Under the pieces are notes generated by a model, which ran no database searches, was not told where the DNA came from, and was given only the letters and a program-made list of their open reading frames with translations. A stretch of DNA of 64,000 bases from Candidatus Poribacteria bacterium (lineage in GTDB: Bacteria > Poribacteria > WGA-4E > GCA-2687025), in assembly GCA_963665845.2 (NCBI GenBank), contig OY762492.1:3552001-3616000 (forward strand), read 5' to 3'. A program made the position numbers and the translations under genes. Below are positions 27,835-38,584 of the stretch, one piece after another (positions within the stretch are counted from its first letter, which is position 1; every line of letters starts with the position of its first letter).

Positions 27835-29391
27835 CTAAATGAGAACGATGAACAGCAGCGTCGCGACGATGAAGATCGGTATCAGGATCGCCGCCGACCA
27901 GCCCATATATCCAAAGAAGGAGGGCATTTTCACCCCGTCCTGAATGGCGATGGAGCGCACCATGAAGTTCGGCGCGTTGCCGATGTAGGTGTTCGCGCCC
28001 ATGAAGACGGCGCCCATCGAGATCGCTTTCAGGAACGACTCAAACTGCTGCAGGCTGGTTCCCAGCTGCTCCGCCGTCATATTGAGGTCGGGATGGTTCT
28101 GCATGATCTGCTGAACGAGCGCGGGGTCGGCCGCTGCCGCGTTGAACCATGGGAGCGGCGACTCGCGCAGGAACTCCCCGACCGCCGGCTCCGTCAAGCT
28201 CAACTTGCCGAGCGCCGTATTGAAGAAGGTCAGGTAGGTCGGCGCGTTGTCTAAGAAGCTGGAGAGTATGCCTGTCAGCCACAGATACGCTGTCTCGGAG
28301 CTGGCGGCGCGGATGATCGGAGCGAGCGCGCCGTCTTCGCCCGCCTTCAAAATGGCGATGGCGGGAATGATCGTCATAAAGATGCCGGCGAAGAGTATCC
28401 CCACCTCGCGTATCGGCTCCCATGTGTAGCGGTTCTCCTCGCGCAGTTCGTTCTTTGTTGTGAAAAACGCGAGCGCGGAGATGCCGAGTATAAGACCGTC
28501 GCGCAGGAGGCTGGACGGGCTAACCTTCACCCCAAGCAGCGTGATCTCTTCAGGGCGCCAGACGCCGCTCATCAAAACGGCGCCCATGATGCCGAGCAGA
28601 TAGAGAAAGTTATGTCCGCCGGCGATGGACAGCGGCGTCGTTTCGCTTGGCGAATGCGTCTCTTCTTTGGCGTCCATCTTCTTATCCAAGAAATAGAAGA
28701 CCGCCAGCACAATCAGAATCACAAACAGCATCTGCGGCAGCAGGCTTAGCGTCCACTGAAACGGCACGCCATGCAAAAAGCCGAGAAACAGCGGCGGGTC
28801 GCCCAGCGGCGTCAAGGAGCCGCCGATGTTGCTGACGAGAAAGATAAAGATAACGACGATATGAATGCGCCGTTTGCGGTGCGAATTCGCGCGCAGAAGC
28901 GGGCGGATGAGCAGCATGGAGGCGCCTGTCGTTCCGATGAGCGACGCCAGAACCGAGCCGACCGCGATGAAACCGACATTCACAATCGGCGTCCCGACGA
29001 GAGTCCCGCGCAGCACAATCCCGCCGGACGCGACGAACAGCCCGCCCAGCAGGATGATGAACGGAATATAGTCGACCAGGTAGATATGCAGTATTTCGTG
29101 CATCGCCGTGTCATATTTGCCGCCCATGGAGTAGACGGCAACGAACGGGGCGGCAAACGCCAGCGTCCAGAACAGCGTCACCTTCGGATATTGCTTTTCA
29201 AACCAGTGATGGTCGACAACGGGGCAAACGGCTATAGAGAGCAGCATGCCGACGAACGGAACGATCCACCAAAGGGAAAGTTCAGCCCCGATGCCCGGGC
29301 CGGCGGCTTCGGCGGCGCCTGCCGCTGTTGTGAAAGAGATCAACGCGAGAGCGGCAAGGGAGCCTCGAATTGCGCGGCGTACGTTCATCAA
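27835..29391 (-). CDS. Putative Na+/H+ antiporter (ion-transporter superfamily, CitMHS-like)
   Basis: Polytopic; GTTGASMLLIRPLLRAN, SNIGGSLTPLGDPPLFLGFL, LSSFLDNAPTYL, GANTYIGNAPNFMV; ATGA overlap with nuoM. Confidence 0.85.
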   Translation of the reverse strand: MMNVRRAIRGSLAALALISFTTAAGAAEAAGPGIGAELSLWWIVPFVGMLLSIAVCPVVDHHWFEKQYPKVTLFWTLAFAAPFVAVYSMGGKYDTAMHEILHIYLVDYIPFIILLGGLFVASGGIVLRGTLVGTPIVNVGFIAVGSVLASLIGTTGASMLLIRPLLRANSHRKRRIHIVVIFIFLVSNIGGSLTPLGDPPLFLGFLHGVPFQWTLSLLPQMLFVILIVLAVFYFLDKKMDAKEETHSPSETTPLSIAGGHNFLYLLGIMGAVLMSGVWRPEEITLLGVKVSPSSLLRDGLILGISALAFFTTKNELREENRYTWEPIREVGILFAGIFMTIIPAIAILKAGEDGALAPIIRAASSETAYLWLTGILSSFLDNAPTYLTFFNTALGKLSLTEPAVGEFLRESPLPWFNAAAADPALVQQIMQNHPDLNMTAEQLGTSLQQFESFLKAISMGAVFMGANTYIGNAPNFMVRSIAIQDGVKMPSFFGYMGWSAAILIPIFIVATLLFIVLI

Positions 29392-31049
29392 TGATCCTCG
29401 TCCATTTCGGTAGGCGTAGAAATCGAAGGAGCGGGCTGCTCCATGGGCGGCGTCGGTTCGACCATCGCCGTCTTTACGGTTCCAGGTTTTGTTAAATTGC
29501 TGATGGAGCCGTCCGCGTCCATTTTGTCAAGAAACGGGGTCGGGCTAATGCCGATCCAGAAGACGGCGGCAATCAACGGCAGCGCGGCGATCATCTCCCG
29601 CGCGTTCAGGTCTTTCAGCGCCTCATTCGCTTTCACCTTGATGGGACCGAAGAAGACGCGCTGAACCATCCAGAGCATATAGACCGCCGCCAGAATGACG
29701 CCCAGCGCCGCAGCGATTGCATACGCCTCGCGCCCCTCCGTCATGAAGGAGCCTGCCAAGATCAGGAATTCGCCGACGAATCCGTTCGTGCCGGGAAGTC
29801 CGATGGAAGCGAATGTGATGATCAAAAAGACAGCGGCGTAAGCGGGCATTTTCTTGGCGATGCCGCCAAACTCCTTGATCTGCCGCGTATGGCGCCGGTC
29901 GTAGAGCATCCCGACCAGCATGAAGAGCGCGCCGGTGGCAATCCCGTGATTCACCATCTGCAGGACGGCGCCTTTCGTTCCCATCTCGCTTCCGGCGAAG
30001 AGTCCTAAAACGACAAAGCCGAGGTGGCTGACGCTGGAATAGGCGACGAGGCGTTTCATGTCGGGCTGAACCATCGCGACGAGCGCGCCGTAGAGTATGC
30101 CGATGACGGCGATGACCGAGACGATGTCCGCGTTCGCGGCGGCGGCTTCAGGGAAGAGCGGAAGGCAGAAGCGCAGAATGCCGTACGCCCCCATCTTCAG
30201 CAGGACGCCCGCCAGTATCATGGAGCCGGCGGTGGGCGCCTGGGTGTGAGCGTCGGGAAGCCATGTATGAACCGGAAAGAGCGGAACCTTGATCGCAAAG
30301 GCGACGAAAAACGCCCAGAAAAGCCATACCTGCGCGCTCCCGCCGAAGCCCGTACTGGCGGCGTACTCCATAATGGCGGTCAGGTCGAAGGTTCCCGTCT
30401 GCATGCGTATGTACAAGATGCCGGCGAACATGAGCGCGCTGCCCGCCATTGTATAGAGAACGAATTTGAGCGTCGCATAGACCCGCTCGGAGACCTGCCC
30501 GAACAGAAACGTTTGACGCCAGCCTGGGCTGCCCCATATGCCGATGATGAAATACATCGGGATCAGCGTCATCTCCCAGAAAATGAAGAACAGGACCAGG
30601 TCGAACGCGGCGAATGTGCCGAGCATCGCTGTTTCAAGAACGAGCAGCAGGGCGAGAAAACCGCCCGCGCCTTTTTCTTTTTGCGGATACTCGTCAGACG
30701 GGTACGCGTCGCGCTGTCCGGAGTCGGGGATGGAGATGTTGCGCCAGGAGGCTAAGATGCAGATCGGGGTCAAAAAGGTTGTTAAAACGACCAGCCAGAG
30801 CGAAATGCCGTCGATGCGCAGATGAAAGCTGGAGCCGACGCTGGGCAGCCAGTCATGCTGGACCGAATCGCCGCCGTTGAAAACGAAATGGAGCGACAAG
30901 CCGAAGGTTACGAGCGAGACGATCAACGCCCCGATCTTGAGACCTTCGTTTCGGAGCCGCTGGTCGGGCGCCTTGGCGGTGGCGACCGCCGCGATTCCAA
31001 GCGCCGCCGCGCCCAGCAGCGGGAGAAAGATGGTTGAAACCAGTATCAA
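29388..31049 (-). CDS. nuoM: NADH-quinone oxidoreductase subunit M
   Basis: DGISLWL, FWE..LIPMY, IKVPLFPVHTWLPDAH, LLKMG.YG, D.KRLVAYSSVSH, GLPG..GFVGEF. Confidence 0.97.
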   Translation of the reverse strand: MILVSTIFLPLLGAAALGIAAVATAKAPDQRLRNEGLKIGALIVSLVTFGLSLHFVFNGGDSVQHDWLPSVGSSFHLRIDGISLWLVVLTTFLTPICILASWRNISIPDSGQRDAYPSDEYPQKEKGAGGFLALLLVLETAMLGTFAAFDLVLFFIFWEMTLIPMYFIIGIWGSPGWRQTFLFGQVSERVYATLKFVLYTMAGSALMFAGILYIRMQTGTFDLTAIMEYAASTGFGGSAQVWLFWAFFVAFAIKVPLFPVHTWLPDAHTQAPTAGSMILAGVLLKMGAYGILRFCLPLFPEAAAANADIVSVIAVIGILYGALVAMVQPDMKRLVAYSSVSHLGFVVLGLFAGSEMGTKGAVLQMVNHGIATGALFMLVGMLYDRRHTRQIKEFGGIAKKMPAYAAVFLIITFASIGLPGTNGFVGEFLILAGSFMTEGREAYAIAAALGVILAAVYMLWMVQRVFFGPIKVKANEALKDLNAREMIAALPLIAAVFWIGISPTPFLDKMDADGSISNLTKPGTVKTAMVEPTPPMEQPAPSISTPTEMDEDH

Positions 31050-31070
31050 AGCCGACGCCTCCTATTTCGT

Positions 31071-32969
31071 CTAGAAAAGCCGAAGCAACACGAGAAGGAC
31101 GGCTCCCGCAAAAATGACCGCCGCGTAGGTCTGTATCATGCCGTTCTGGGTGAAGCGCAGAATGGAGCCTGCCGCGTTCATCAGCGCGCCCGATACGTTC
31201 ACGGCGCCGTCAATGAGACCCTTGTCGATGACGCGCCAGAGCGCGGAGAGGGACAGCCATTTCAGCGGACGGACGACCGCCCTGTCGTACAGTTCATCCA
31301 CCCAGTATTTGTTCCGCCAAAGCTGGACAATCAGGTTGGCGCGCTGCAGGTCTTCCGCCGATTTGCCTTTATACATGAAATACCCGGCGGCGATGCCGAC
31401 CAGTCCAAGCACCGTTCCGATGAGCATCGCCGGGTTAAAGAAGGAGGCTGCGTGATGTTCGCCGTGGAAAACCGTCTCCAGCGACTTGTAAAACGGACCC
31501 GACTCGCCGACGCCTAGGAAAGCAAATCCGCCGGCAACGGACAATACCGCCAGAACGATGAGCGGTATCGTCATAACAAGGGGCGATTCGTGGGCATGCG
31601 CGGTCAGCTCTTCGTCCCTGCTTTCGCCCATGAAGACGATGCTGAACAGCCTGAACATGTAAAACGCGGTCAGCCCTGCCGTGACAGCGCCGACGGCGAA
31701 TATCGCCATGTTGTGTTCAAACGCATAGACCAGTATCGCGTCCTTGCTGAAAAAACCGCTCAACAGCGGGAAACCGGAGATGGCAAGCGCGGCGGTGGCG
31801 AAGGTGTAAAATGTGATGGGCATTTTGCCGCTCAATCCGCCCATCCGCCGTATGTCGCCGACATCATGGAGCGCGTGCAGGACGCTTCCCGCCGCGAGAA
31901 AGAGGAGAGCCTTGAAAAAAGCGTGCGTCATCAGGTGCGCCATCCCTGCGGCGTAGGCGCCCATGCCGACGGCGGCGATCATATACCCTAACTGGCTGAT
32001 GGTGGAATACGCGAGAACGCCTTTGAAATCGAACGAGGCGACCGCCATCGTCGCGGCAAAAAGCGCCGTTGCGATGCCGACCCAAGCGACGATCCCGCCC
32101 GCGCCGGACAGGTCGAACAGGACATGGGAACGCGCGACCATATAGACGCCCGCGGTGACCATCGTCGCGGCATGGATGAGCGCGCTGACAGGCGTTGGAC
32201 CTTGCATGGCGTCCGGAAGCCAGACATAAAGCGGAATCTGCGCCGACTTGCCGACCGCGCCCAGAAACATGGCGACGCATGCCCACCAGAGCGGCGTTTG
32301 CCCCAAGAAGAGCGGGGCGTCCGGCGCGCCCTCGGCGGCGTTGAAAACCGTATCAAAATTGAGCGAGCCGAAGGCCGCAATTAAAATGAACATTCCGATC
32401 AGAAAGCCGAAGTCTCCTATGCGGTTCACGATGAACGCTTTTTTCGCCGCTTCAGCCGGCCAGGTGGAGTCGCCCTCTTTGCGCTCGCGGTCGTACCAGA
32501 AACCGATGAGCAGATAGGAGCATAACCCGACCCCCTCCCAGCCCACAAACATGAGCAGAAAGCTGTTGCCCATGACCAAAATGAGCATGGAGAAGACAAA
32601 CAGGTTCAGATAGGCGAAGAAACGGGAGAAGCCGCGCTCATCCTCATGGTTCATATATCCGGCGGCGTAGATGTGAATCAGCAGGCTAACGCCCGTCACA
32701 ATCAGCGCCATGATCATGGAGAGAGAGTCGAACTTGAAGGCGGCTTCGACGGTCAATTCGCCGGCGGAGATCCATGTCCAGACAGCTTGATCGGGTACCT
32801 GTCCGCCGTTCACTGCTGGAATCATCGCGAGCGCGCCGATGAATGCCGCCGCGATGGCGCCGACTCCGATCAGCGCGGAGACGCTTTTTTTGAACTTCGC
32901 CCCGGCGATTCCGTTCAGCAGCGCGCCGAGAAGCAGCGGAAGAAACAGAAGTGAAATCGTTAGGTTCAT
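31071..32969 (-). CDS. nuoL: NADH-quinone oxidoreductase subunit L
   Basis: GWEGVGLCSYLLIGFW, KAFIVNRIGD, GKSAQIPL..WLPDAM.GPTPVSALIHAATMV. Confidence 0.97.
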   Translation of the reverse strand: MNLTISLLFLPLLLGALLNGIAGAKFKKSVSALIGVGAIAAAFIGALAMIPAVNGGQVPDQAVWTWISAGELTVEAAFKFDSLSMIMALIVTGVSLLIHIYAAGYMNHEDERGFSRFFAYLNLFVFSMLILVMGNSFLLMFVGWEGVGLCSYLLIGFWYDRERKEGDSTWPAEAAKKAFIVNRIGDFGFLIGMFILIAAFGSLNFDTVFNAAEGAPDAPLFLGQTPLWWACVAMFLGAVGKSAQIPLYVWLPDAMQGPTPVSALIHAATMVTAGVYMVARSHVLFDLSGAGGIVAWVGIATALFAATMAVASFDFKGVLAYSTISQLGYMIAAVGMGAYAAGMAHLMTHAFFKALLFLAAGSVLHALHDVGDIRRMGGLSGKMPITFYTFATAALAISGFPLLSGFFSKDAILVYAFEHNMAIFAVGAVTAGLTAFYMFRLFSIVFMGESRDEELTAHAHESPLVMTIPLIVLAVLSVAGGFAFLGVGESGPFYKSLETVFHGEHHAASFFNPAMLIGTVLGLVGIAAGYFMYKGKSAEDLQRANLIVQLWRNKYWVDELYDRAVVRPLKWLSLSALWRVIDKGLIDGAVNVSGALMNAAGSILRFTQNGMIQTYAAVIFAGAVLLVLLRLF

Positions 32970-32979
32970 CGCGCTCTTT

Positions 32980-33291
32980 CTACCGCCGCAGCAGTTTCAG
33001 CTCATCCACATTGACGCTGGAGCGCGTCCGAAAGACGGTCACAATGATGGCGAGACCGACGGCGACCTCCGCCGCGGCGACCGCCATGACAAAAAAGACG
33101 ACCGCCTGTCCGTTCAAAACCCCCAGATGACGCGAGAAGGTCACAAACGCGAGATTGGCGGCGTTCAGCATCAGCTCAATGCACATGAAGATCACAATGG
33201 CGTTTCGGCGTATCAAAACGCCGGCGACGCCGACCGTAAACAGGACGGCGCTGAGCGTCAAACAGAGCCGATAGGTCAATTCAGGCGTCAT
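32980..33291 (-). CDS. nuoK: NADH-quinone oxidoreductase subunit K
   Basis: [29 protein letters not shown]. Confidence 0.97.
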   Translation of the reverse strand: MTPELTYRLCLTLSAVLFTVGVAGVLIRRNAIVIFMCIELMLNAANLAFVTFSRHLGVLNGQAVVFFVMAVAAAEVAVGLAIIVTVFRTRSSVNVDELKLLRR

Positions 33292-33826
33292 TCGATTCCT
33301 CCGTATTGTCGGACGGCGGGCGGCCGTGGAAGCGTATCAGCACAACGACCCCAATCAGCGCCGCCAGCAGAATGAGCGAGACCGCTTCAAACGGCACAAG
33401 GTGGTTTTGAAACAGCAGGCGGGCGAGGCTTTCGGTATGCCCTTCGTCTTTGAAAGTGTCCGCGGTTTGCGCGAGCAGCTCTGGCTTGAGAACCGTCCAC
33501 ATCGTGCCGGCGGCGACGCCGATAAACAGCGCGCCGAGCAATGCCCCGACAGCGGCGCGAAGTCCGAGGCTCTCTTTCAGCGGTTTCTGACTGCGCAGAT
33601 TCAGCAGCATGATGACGAACAGGAACAGAACGACGATGGCGCCCGCATACACCAGCGCCTGCGCAACAGCGACAAAATAGGCGCCCAGCATAACATAGAT
33701 CGCCGAGAGCGCAAACATCGTCAGGACGAGGCTCAAGGCGGAATAGACAGGGTTTCGGTGAAGAATCACCATGACGGCGCCGACAGCGGCCGTCAACATA
33801 AACGCAGCCATGATCCAAGCCGACAT
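33281..33826 (-). CDS. nuoJ: NADH-quinone oxidoreductase subunit J
   Basis: [34 protein letters not shown]; start ATG 33826 overlaps the nuoH stop. Confidence 0.95.
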   Translation of the reverse strand: MSAWIMAAFMLTAAVGAVMVILHRNPVYSALSLVLTMFALSAIYVMLGAYFVAVAQALVYAGAIVVLFLFVIMLLNLRSQKPLKESLGLRAAVGALLGALFIGVAAGTMWTVLKPELLAQTADTFKDEGHTESLARLLFQNHLVPFEAVSLILLAALIGVVVLIRFHGRPPSDNTEESNDA

Positions 33827-34983
33827 TATGCTTGCGTCCTTTGCTGCGCGTCCGCCCGCGCGTTCAAAACGGAGGTCAACACAACCGCCCCTATCAGCGC
33901 CAGCTGTCCAGCCGCCATGACGGGCCACAGCGGCGCGTCCCACATCTCATGGACGGCGACCGCGCCCGCCGTCACAATCACATTTCCGAGAGCCAACGGC
34001 AGCGCCATCTTCCATCCAAGCCGCATCAACTGGTCAAAACGAAAGCGCGGGAACGTCCATCGAACCCACAAAAACACAAACAGAAACAGCAACACTTTGC
34101 CGAGAAAAATCAGGAATGTCAAATACCAAGGCAGCATCTCTTCAAGCCCAAACAGCGTCCATCCCCCCAAGAAAAGCGACACGTTCAGCGCCGAACTCAT
34201 CGCCATGTTGCCGTATTCGGCGAGAAAGAAGGTGGCGAAGGTCATGCCGCTGTATTCGGTATGGTAGCCGCCGACCAGCTCCTGTTCGCACTCGGCGAGG
34301 TCGAACGGGGCGCGGTTCGTCTCGGCGAGCGCCGTCACCGAAAAGAGAAACCAAGCGACCGGCTGATAGAAAATGAACCAGCCGAAGCCCGCCTGCTGCT
34401 CCACGATCTTGTCGACCTGCAGCGTTCCCGCCATCAGCAAAACCGCGAGAATGGCGAGGCCGAGGGAGAGTTCGTAGCTGATCACCTGCGCGGAGGCGCG
34501 CAATCCGCCAAGAAGCGTATATTTATTGTTGGACGCCCAGCCGGCAAGTATGACGCCGTACACGCCCAGCGAAACGATGGCGAGAAAGTAGAGCACGCCG
34601 ACATCGATCCTCGCCAGCTGAAACGGGATGCCGTCCGGCGACCAGTTTTCCGCCGACAGCAGCTTGCCGATAAAGCTGTCCGCCGGTATCGGTTTTGACC
34701 ATGGGATGATCGCGCCGCTCATCAGCGCGGGAACAAGCAGCAGCGCGGGAGCCGCAAAGTACAGCTTGCGGTCGACGCTTTTCGGCGCCAGAACCTCCTT
34801 CGCCAGAAACTTGATGCCGTCCGCGAGCGGTTGAAGCAAGCCGCCTGGACCGACGCGGTTCGGTCCGTGACGGTCTTGAATCCATCCGCTCACCTTGCGT
34901 TCGCCGAGGACGAGCATCGGCACAATTGCGAGAATGAACGCGACGATGAACACCGCCTTCGCCGCTGTCGCCGCCAGTTCCAT
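33826..34983 (-). CDS. nuoH: NADH-quinone oxidoreductase subunit H
   Basis: ERKV...Q.R.GPNRVG, QPLADGIK, AQVISYE, AETNRAPFDLAECEQELVGGYHTEYSG, PRFRFDQL. Confidence 0.97.
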   Translation of the reverse strand: MELAATAAKAVFIVAFILAIVPMLVLGERKVSGWIQDRHGPNRVGPGGLLQPLADGIKFLAKEVLAPKSVDRKLYFAAPALLLVPALMSGAIIPWSKPIPADSFIGKLLSAENWSPDGIPFQLARIDVGVLYFLAIVSLGVYGVILAGWASNNKYTLLGGLRASAQVISYELSLGLAILAVLLMAGTLQVDKIVEQQAGFGWFIFYQPVAWFLFSVTALAETNRAPFDLAECEQELVGGYHTEYSGMTFATFFLAEYGNMAMSSALNVSLFLGGWTLFGLEEMLPWYLTFLIFLGKVLLFLFVFLWVRWTFPRFRFDQLMRLGWKMALPLALGNVIVTAGAVAVHEMWDAPLWPVMAAGQLALIGAVVLTSVLNARADAQQRTQA

Positions 34984-35022
34984 GAGCGCGTAATCTTCTA
35001 TCGTTTGTTCCTTTCCGCCCGT

Positions 35023-36660
35023 TTACCGCCAGAAGCGGGAGGCGTACGCCCAGTTGTCGGGCGCGGTTTCTTCCGCTTCGCCGTCCGTTTTTTCTTCAAG
35101 GCAGAAGCCGCGCCAGTCGATCGCCTCGTCCGCGGCGCCGTTGAACGCGGCGGCAGTTGACGCGAGGTCGTCTGTAATCTGGGCAGCCGATTCATACTCG
35201 ATATTGGCGCCCAGCGCGTTCGCCAGATGCGCCGCAAATTGCCATTCCGCCAGCGCGTTTCCGAGGTTCGGCAGCGCCTTAGAAAGCCGCTGAACCCGTT
35301 TCGCCGAGTTCGTAAAGCAGCCCTCTTTTTCGGTAAAGGCTGTGCCGGGCGCGGCGGCGTCCGCGGCTTCGGTCAACGCGGAGGGCAAAATATCGACCAC
35401 AAGCAGATACTCCAGCGCCGTCAGCCGATCCATCAGCGCATCGTCCAGCGGCGCGTCCGGAATTCCGCCAAAGAACACCGCCGCCTTCGCGCCGTCCAGC
35501 GCCTCCGCCGCCGTTTTCAAGCCGTCTTCAAAGATCAGTTCAGCTCCCGCGCGGTTCGGATTCTTGTCGCGTTCGATGACAAACTTGGGAAAGACCTCGT
35601 CTTCCTCTTCAACCGTACCTTCAAACAGCCCGATCCGCTCCGTCCCGACGCCCTCCTCGGCGAGGCGCTTGACCGCATACAGCTCCTCGTTCGTCATCCA
35701 CGCGGAGGCGATCACGGCAGTATTATCTCCGCCGAGCGCCTGTATCTTCTCCGCCGCCGCGTCGATCAGCTCGCGCCAGCCGGCGGGAACCAGCTCGCCG
35801 TTCTTGCGCAGCGCCGGAAGCCGCAGCCGGTCGGGGCTGTTCACATATTCGTAGCCGAACCGCCCGTCGTCGCACATCCAAAAATCGTTCACGTCGGCGT
35901 GGTAACGAGGGCGCAGGCGGGCGACCTCCCCTTCGCGCGACTCCACATGGATATTGCAGCCCTTGGAGCAGCGGTTGCAGACGCTCGGCTTCTTGTCTAA
36001 AAACCAGGGACGGGAGCGGTAAAGAAAATCTTTGCTGACCAGCGCGCCGACGGGGCAGATGTCCACCACATTGCCCGACAGCTTGTTGTCCAGCGGCTTT
36101 TCGGGCGCCACATCGATCTCGTCATGAACGCCGCGATGCATCAAGCCGATCTCGGCGCCGCCGGAGATCTCCTCCGTAAAGCGAACGCAGCGGGTGCAGA
36201 CGATGCAGCGCGTCGAGAACAGATCCACCGTCGGACCGAGCGATTTCCGCGGCGGGACGTTCTTGATCTCCTGATAGACGCTGCGGTCATGTCCGAATTC
36301 GTACACATAATCTTGTAAAAAGCATTCGCCCGCTTCGTCGCATGTCGGGCAATCGAGCGGATGGTGCGCCAGGAGAAACTGCAGCGTCGTCGCCCTCGCC
36401 TGTTTGACGCGCGGCGCCTCGTTGGAGATTTCCATGCCGTCGCCGACGCGCGTTGTGCATGCGGTTGTCAGCTGACGTATTGGCCCGGGGGCGCCGGGCG
36501 GCGTCAGCTCAATGAGGCACATGCGGCAGTTGGCGGGCGCGCCCAGCGACGGATGGTAGCAGTAGTGCGGTATCGTCACGCCGACCTCCGCCGCCGCCTG
36601 CACGACGCTGATTCCGTCGCTCACCTCATACTCTTGCCCGTCCATGATGATCTTAGCCAC
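35023..36660 (-). CDS. nuoG: NADH-quinone oxidoreductase subunit G (short form)
   Basis: CYH..CRMC..C (N1b), HPLDCPTCDEAGEC (N5), CIVCTRC..CPVGAL (N4), CNRCSKGC..C (N7). Confidence 0.93.
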   Translation of the reverse strand: MAKIIMDGQEYEVSDGISVVQAAAEVGVTIPHYCYHPSLGAPANCRMCLIELTPPGAPGPIRQLTTACTTRVGDGMEISNEAPRVKQARATTLQFLLAHHPLDCPTCDEAGECFLQDYVYEFGHDRSVYQEIKNVPPRKSLGPTVDLFSTRCIVCTRCVRFTEEISGGAEIGLMHRGVHDEIDVAPEKPLDNKLSGNVVDICPVGALVSKDFLYRSRPWFLDKKPSVCNRCSKGCNIHVESREGEVARLRPRYHADVNDFWMCDDGRFGYEYVNSPDRLRLPALRKNGELVPAGWRELIDAAAEKIQALGGDNTAVIASAWMTNEELYAVKRLAEEGVGTERIGLFEGTVEEEDEVFPKFVIERDKNPNRAGAELIFEDGLKTAAEALDGAKAAVFFGGIPDAPLDDALMDRLTALEYLLVVDILPSALTEAADAAAPGTAFTEKEGCFTNSAKRVQRLSKALPNLGNALAEWQFAAHLANALGANIEYESAAQITDDLASTAAAFNGAADEAIDWRGFCLEEKTDGEAEETAPDNWAYASRFWR

Positions 36661-36690
36661 GCGGACATCCTCGCTTCAGGTTCAGGTCGA

Positions 36691-38097
36691 TTAATAGTCC
36701 CATGTCGGTTTCCGCTCCAGTTCAGGCAGCTCCTGCGGCCATGCGTAATTCTCTTCAGGGGGGGCGACCGCCTCGCTCACCGGGAGTATGACACATTTGC
36801 CCTGCTCAATATGCGCCTCAAATTCTGGGCGGAACTTGCGCGCAAAACTGACCGCCGGCCACGACACCGCAATGCCGAAAACGCAGATCGTGTTCCATGT
36901 AAACGTGTCGATGTTGGCGACATTGTTCGCCACTTCGATGAGATGGTCGACATCGCCCGGACGCCCCTTGCCCGCCTCAATGCGCGCGACGATGTCGCGC
37001 GTCCAGGGCGTCCCGACGCGGCATGGCGTGCATTGTCCGCACGACTCATGCGCGTAAAAATCCATCAGGTTCTCCAGCGCGCGGACCGTGCAGGTTGTCT
37101 CGTCCATGACGATAATGCCGCCGGAGCCGAGCATCGTTTTCGCCATCTGCAGGCAGGTGAAATCGACCGGGACATCCAGCTCATACGGCGTCAAGACGGG
37201 GGCGGAACTTCCGCCGGGGATGACCGCCTTCACCTCGTTTCCGCCGCGGACTCCCCCCGCCAGCTCCACCAGTTCGCGCACCGTCAGACCCATTTCCACC
37301 TCGTACACGCCCGGCTTCTCCACATGCCCGCTGACGCAGTACAGCTTCGTCCCTGTGTTCATCGGGTCGACTCCGCGCGGCGTGTCCTTATAGACGGCGC
37401 CGAGCGACTGGTACCATTCCGTTCCGTTGCTGATGATGTACGGCAGATTGGACAGCGTCTCCACATTATGCACCATCGTCGGCTGCATGAAGACGCCGAT
37501 GGCGGCGGGGAAGAACGGCGGCTTGACGCGCGGCTGCCCGCGTTTGCCCTCCAGCGATTCGATCAATCCCGTCTCTTCGCCGCAGATATACGCCCCTGCG
37601 CCCGCATGCGTGTAGATGTCCAGCGCGAAATCATGCCCCGCCACCGACTCGCCTAGAATGCCCGCCGCATACGCCTCCTGAATCGCCGCATCCAGGCGCT
37701 TCTTGCCGAGCGTGAATTCGCCCCTTATATAAACGTATGCCTTGTGAATGCCGAGCGACCATGCCGCGATGATCATTCCTTCGATGAGCATATGCGGCTT
37801 GTGCTGCAGGATATACCGGTTGCTGAACGTCCCAGGCTCCGATTCGTCCGCGTTCGCAATCAGATATTTCGGTTCGCCTTTACCCATCAGGTTCCACTTG
37901 AAGCCGGCGGAGACGCCCGCGCCGCCTCTGCCGCGCAGACCTGAATCGCGCACCTCGTTCAGCAGCTGCTCGGCGTCCATGTCGAACAGCTTTTCAAGGG
38001 ACGCATAGCCGCCATGTTGGCGGTACACATCCAGCGTGTGCATGTCGGGGGTGTCAATGTTTTCGTACAGTATGCGTCGTTCTTTAGGTTTGCCCAT
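36691..38097 (-). CDS. nuoF: NADH-quinone oxidoreductase subunit F
   Basis: GLRGRGGAG, NADESEPGT, GAGAYICGEET, ESCGQCTPCR. Confidence 0.97.
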   Translation of the reverse strand: MGKPKERRILYENIDTPDMHTLDVYRQHGGYASLEKLFDMDAEQLLNEVRDSGLRGRGGAGVSAGFKWNLMGKGEPKYLIANADESEPGTFSNRYILQHKPHMLIEGMIIAAWSLGIHKAYVYIRGEFTLGKKRLDAAIQEAYAAGILGESVAGHDFALDIYTHAGAGAYICGEETGLIESLEGKRGQPRVKPPFFPAAIGVFMQPTMVHNVETLSNLPYIISNGTEWYQSLGAVYKDTPRGVDPMNTGTKLYCVSGHVEKPGVYEVEMGLTVRELVELAGGVRGGNEVKAVIPGGSSAPVLTPYELDVPVDFTCLQMAKTMLGSGGIIVMDETTCTVRALENLMDFYAHESCGQCTPCRVGTPWTRDIVARIEAGKGRPGDVDHLIEVANNVANIDTFTWNTICVFGIAVSWPAVSFARKFRPEFEAHIEQGKCVILPVSEAVAPPEENYAWPQELPELERKPTWDY

Positions 38098-38099
38098 GT

Positions 38100-38582
38100 T
38101 TATTCCAGCGCGTCCATCAGCTCGTCCACACGTTCAGGGGTTAGGCGTCCATGCAGGTCGTCGTTGATCATGATCACCGGGGCTTGGTCGCATGCCGCGA
38201 GGCATTCCGAACTCAACAGCGTAATGTTGCCGTCTTCGGTCGTTTCGTCGAAGTCCACCTCCAGCCGCTCCTTCAGATGCTCAATGATTTCCCCGCATCC
38301 GCACAGGTCGCACGGAAGCGTTTTGCAGACCCGCACAATATGCTTGCCGACCGGCGCATCAAAGAACATCGGGTAGAAGGTGACGACATCCAAAACCTGC
38401 GCCTCGGAGACGCCGAGCAGCCCCGCCACATAGGTTTGAACCGCCTGCGAAATGTACCCGTTCTGCTCTTGCGCCAGGTGCAGCGTCGGAAGCATGGCGG
38501 CGCGCGCATGCTCCTCCGGATAATGCGTCAACAGCTCATGAAACTGCGCAAGCCGCTCCGGCGTGAATTCAAAAGGCTCCAT
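38100..38582 (-). CDS. nuoE: NADH-quinone oxidoreductase subunit E
   Basis: VVTFYPMF, VCKTLPC, ECLAACDQAP. Confidence 0.95.
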   Translation of the reverse strand: MEPFEFTPERLAQFHELLTHYPEEHARAAMLPTLHLAQEQNGYISQAVQTYVAGLLGVSEAQVLDVVTFYPMFFDAPVGKHIVRVCKTLPCDLCGCGEIIEHLKERLEVDFDETTEDGNITLLSSECLAACDQAPVIMINDDLHGRLTPERVDELMDALE

Positions 38583-38584
38583 AA

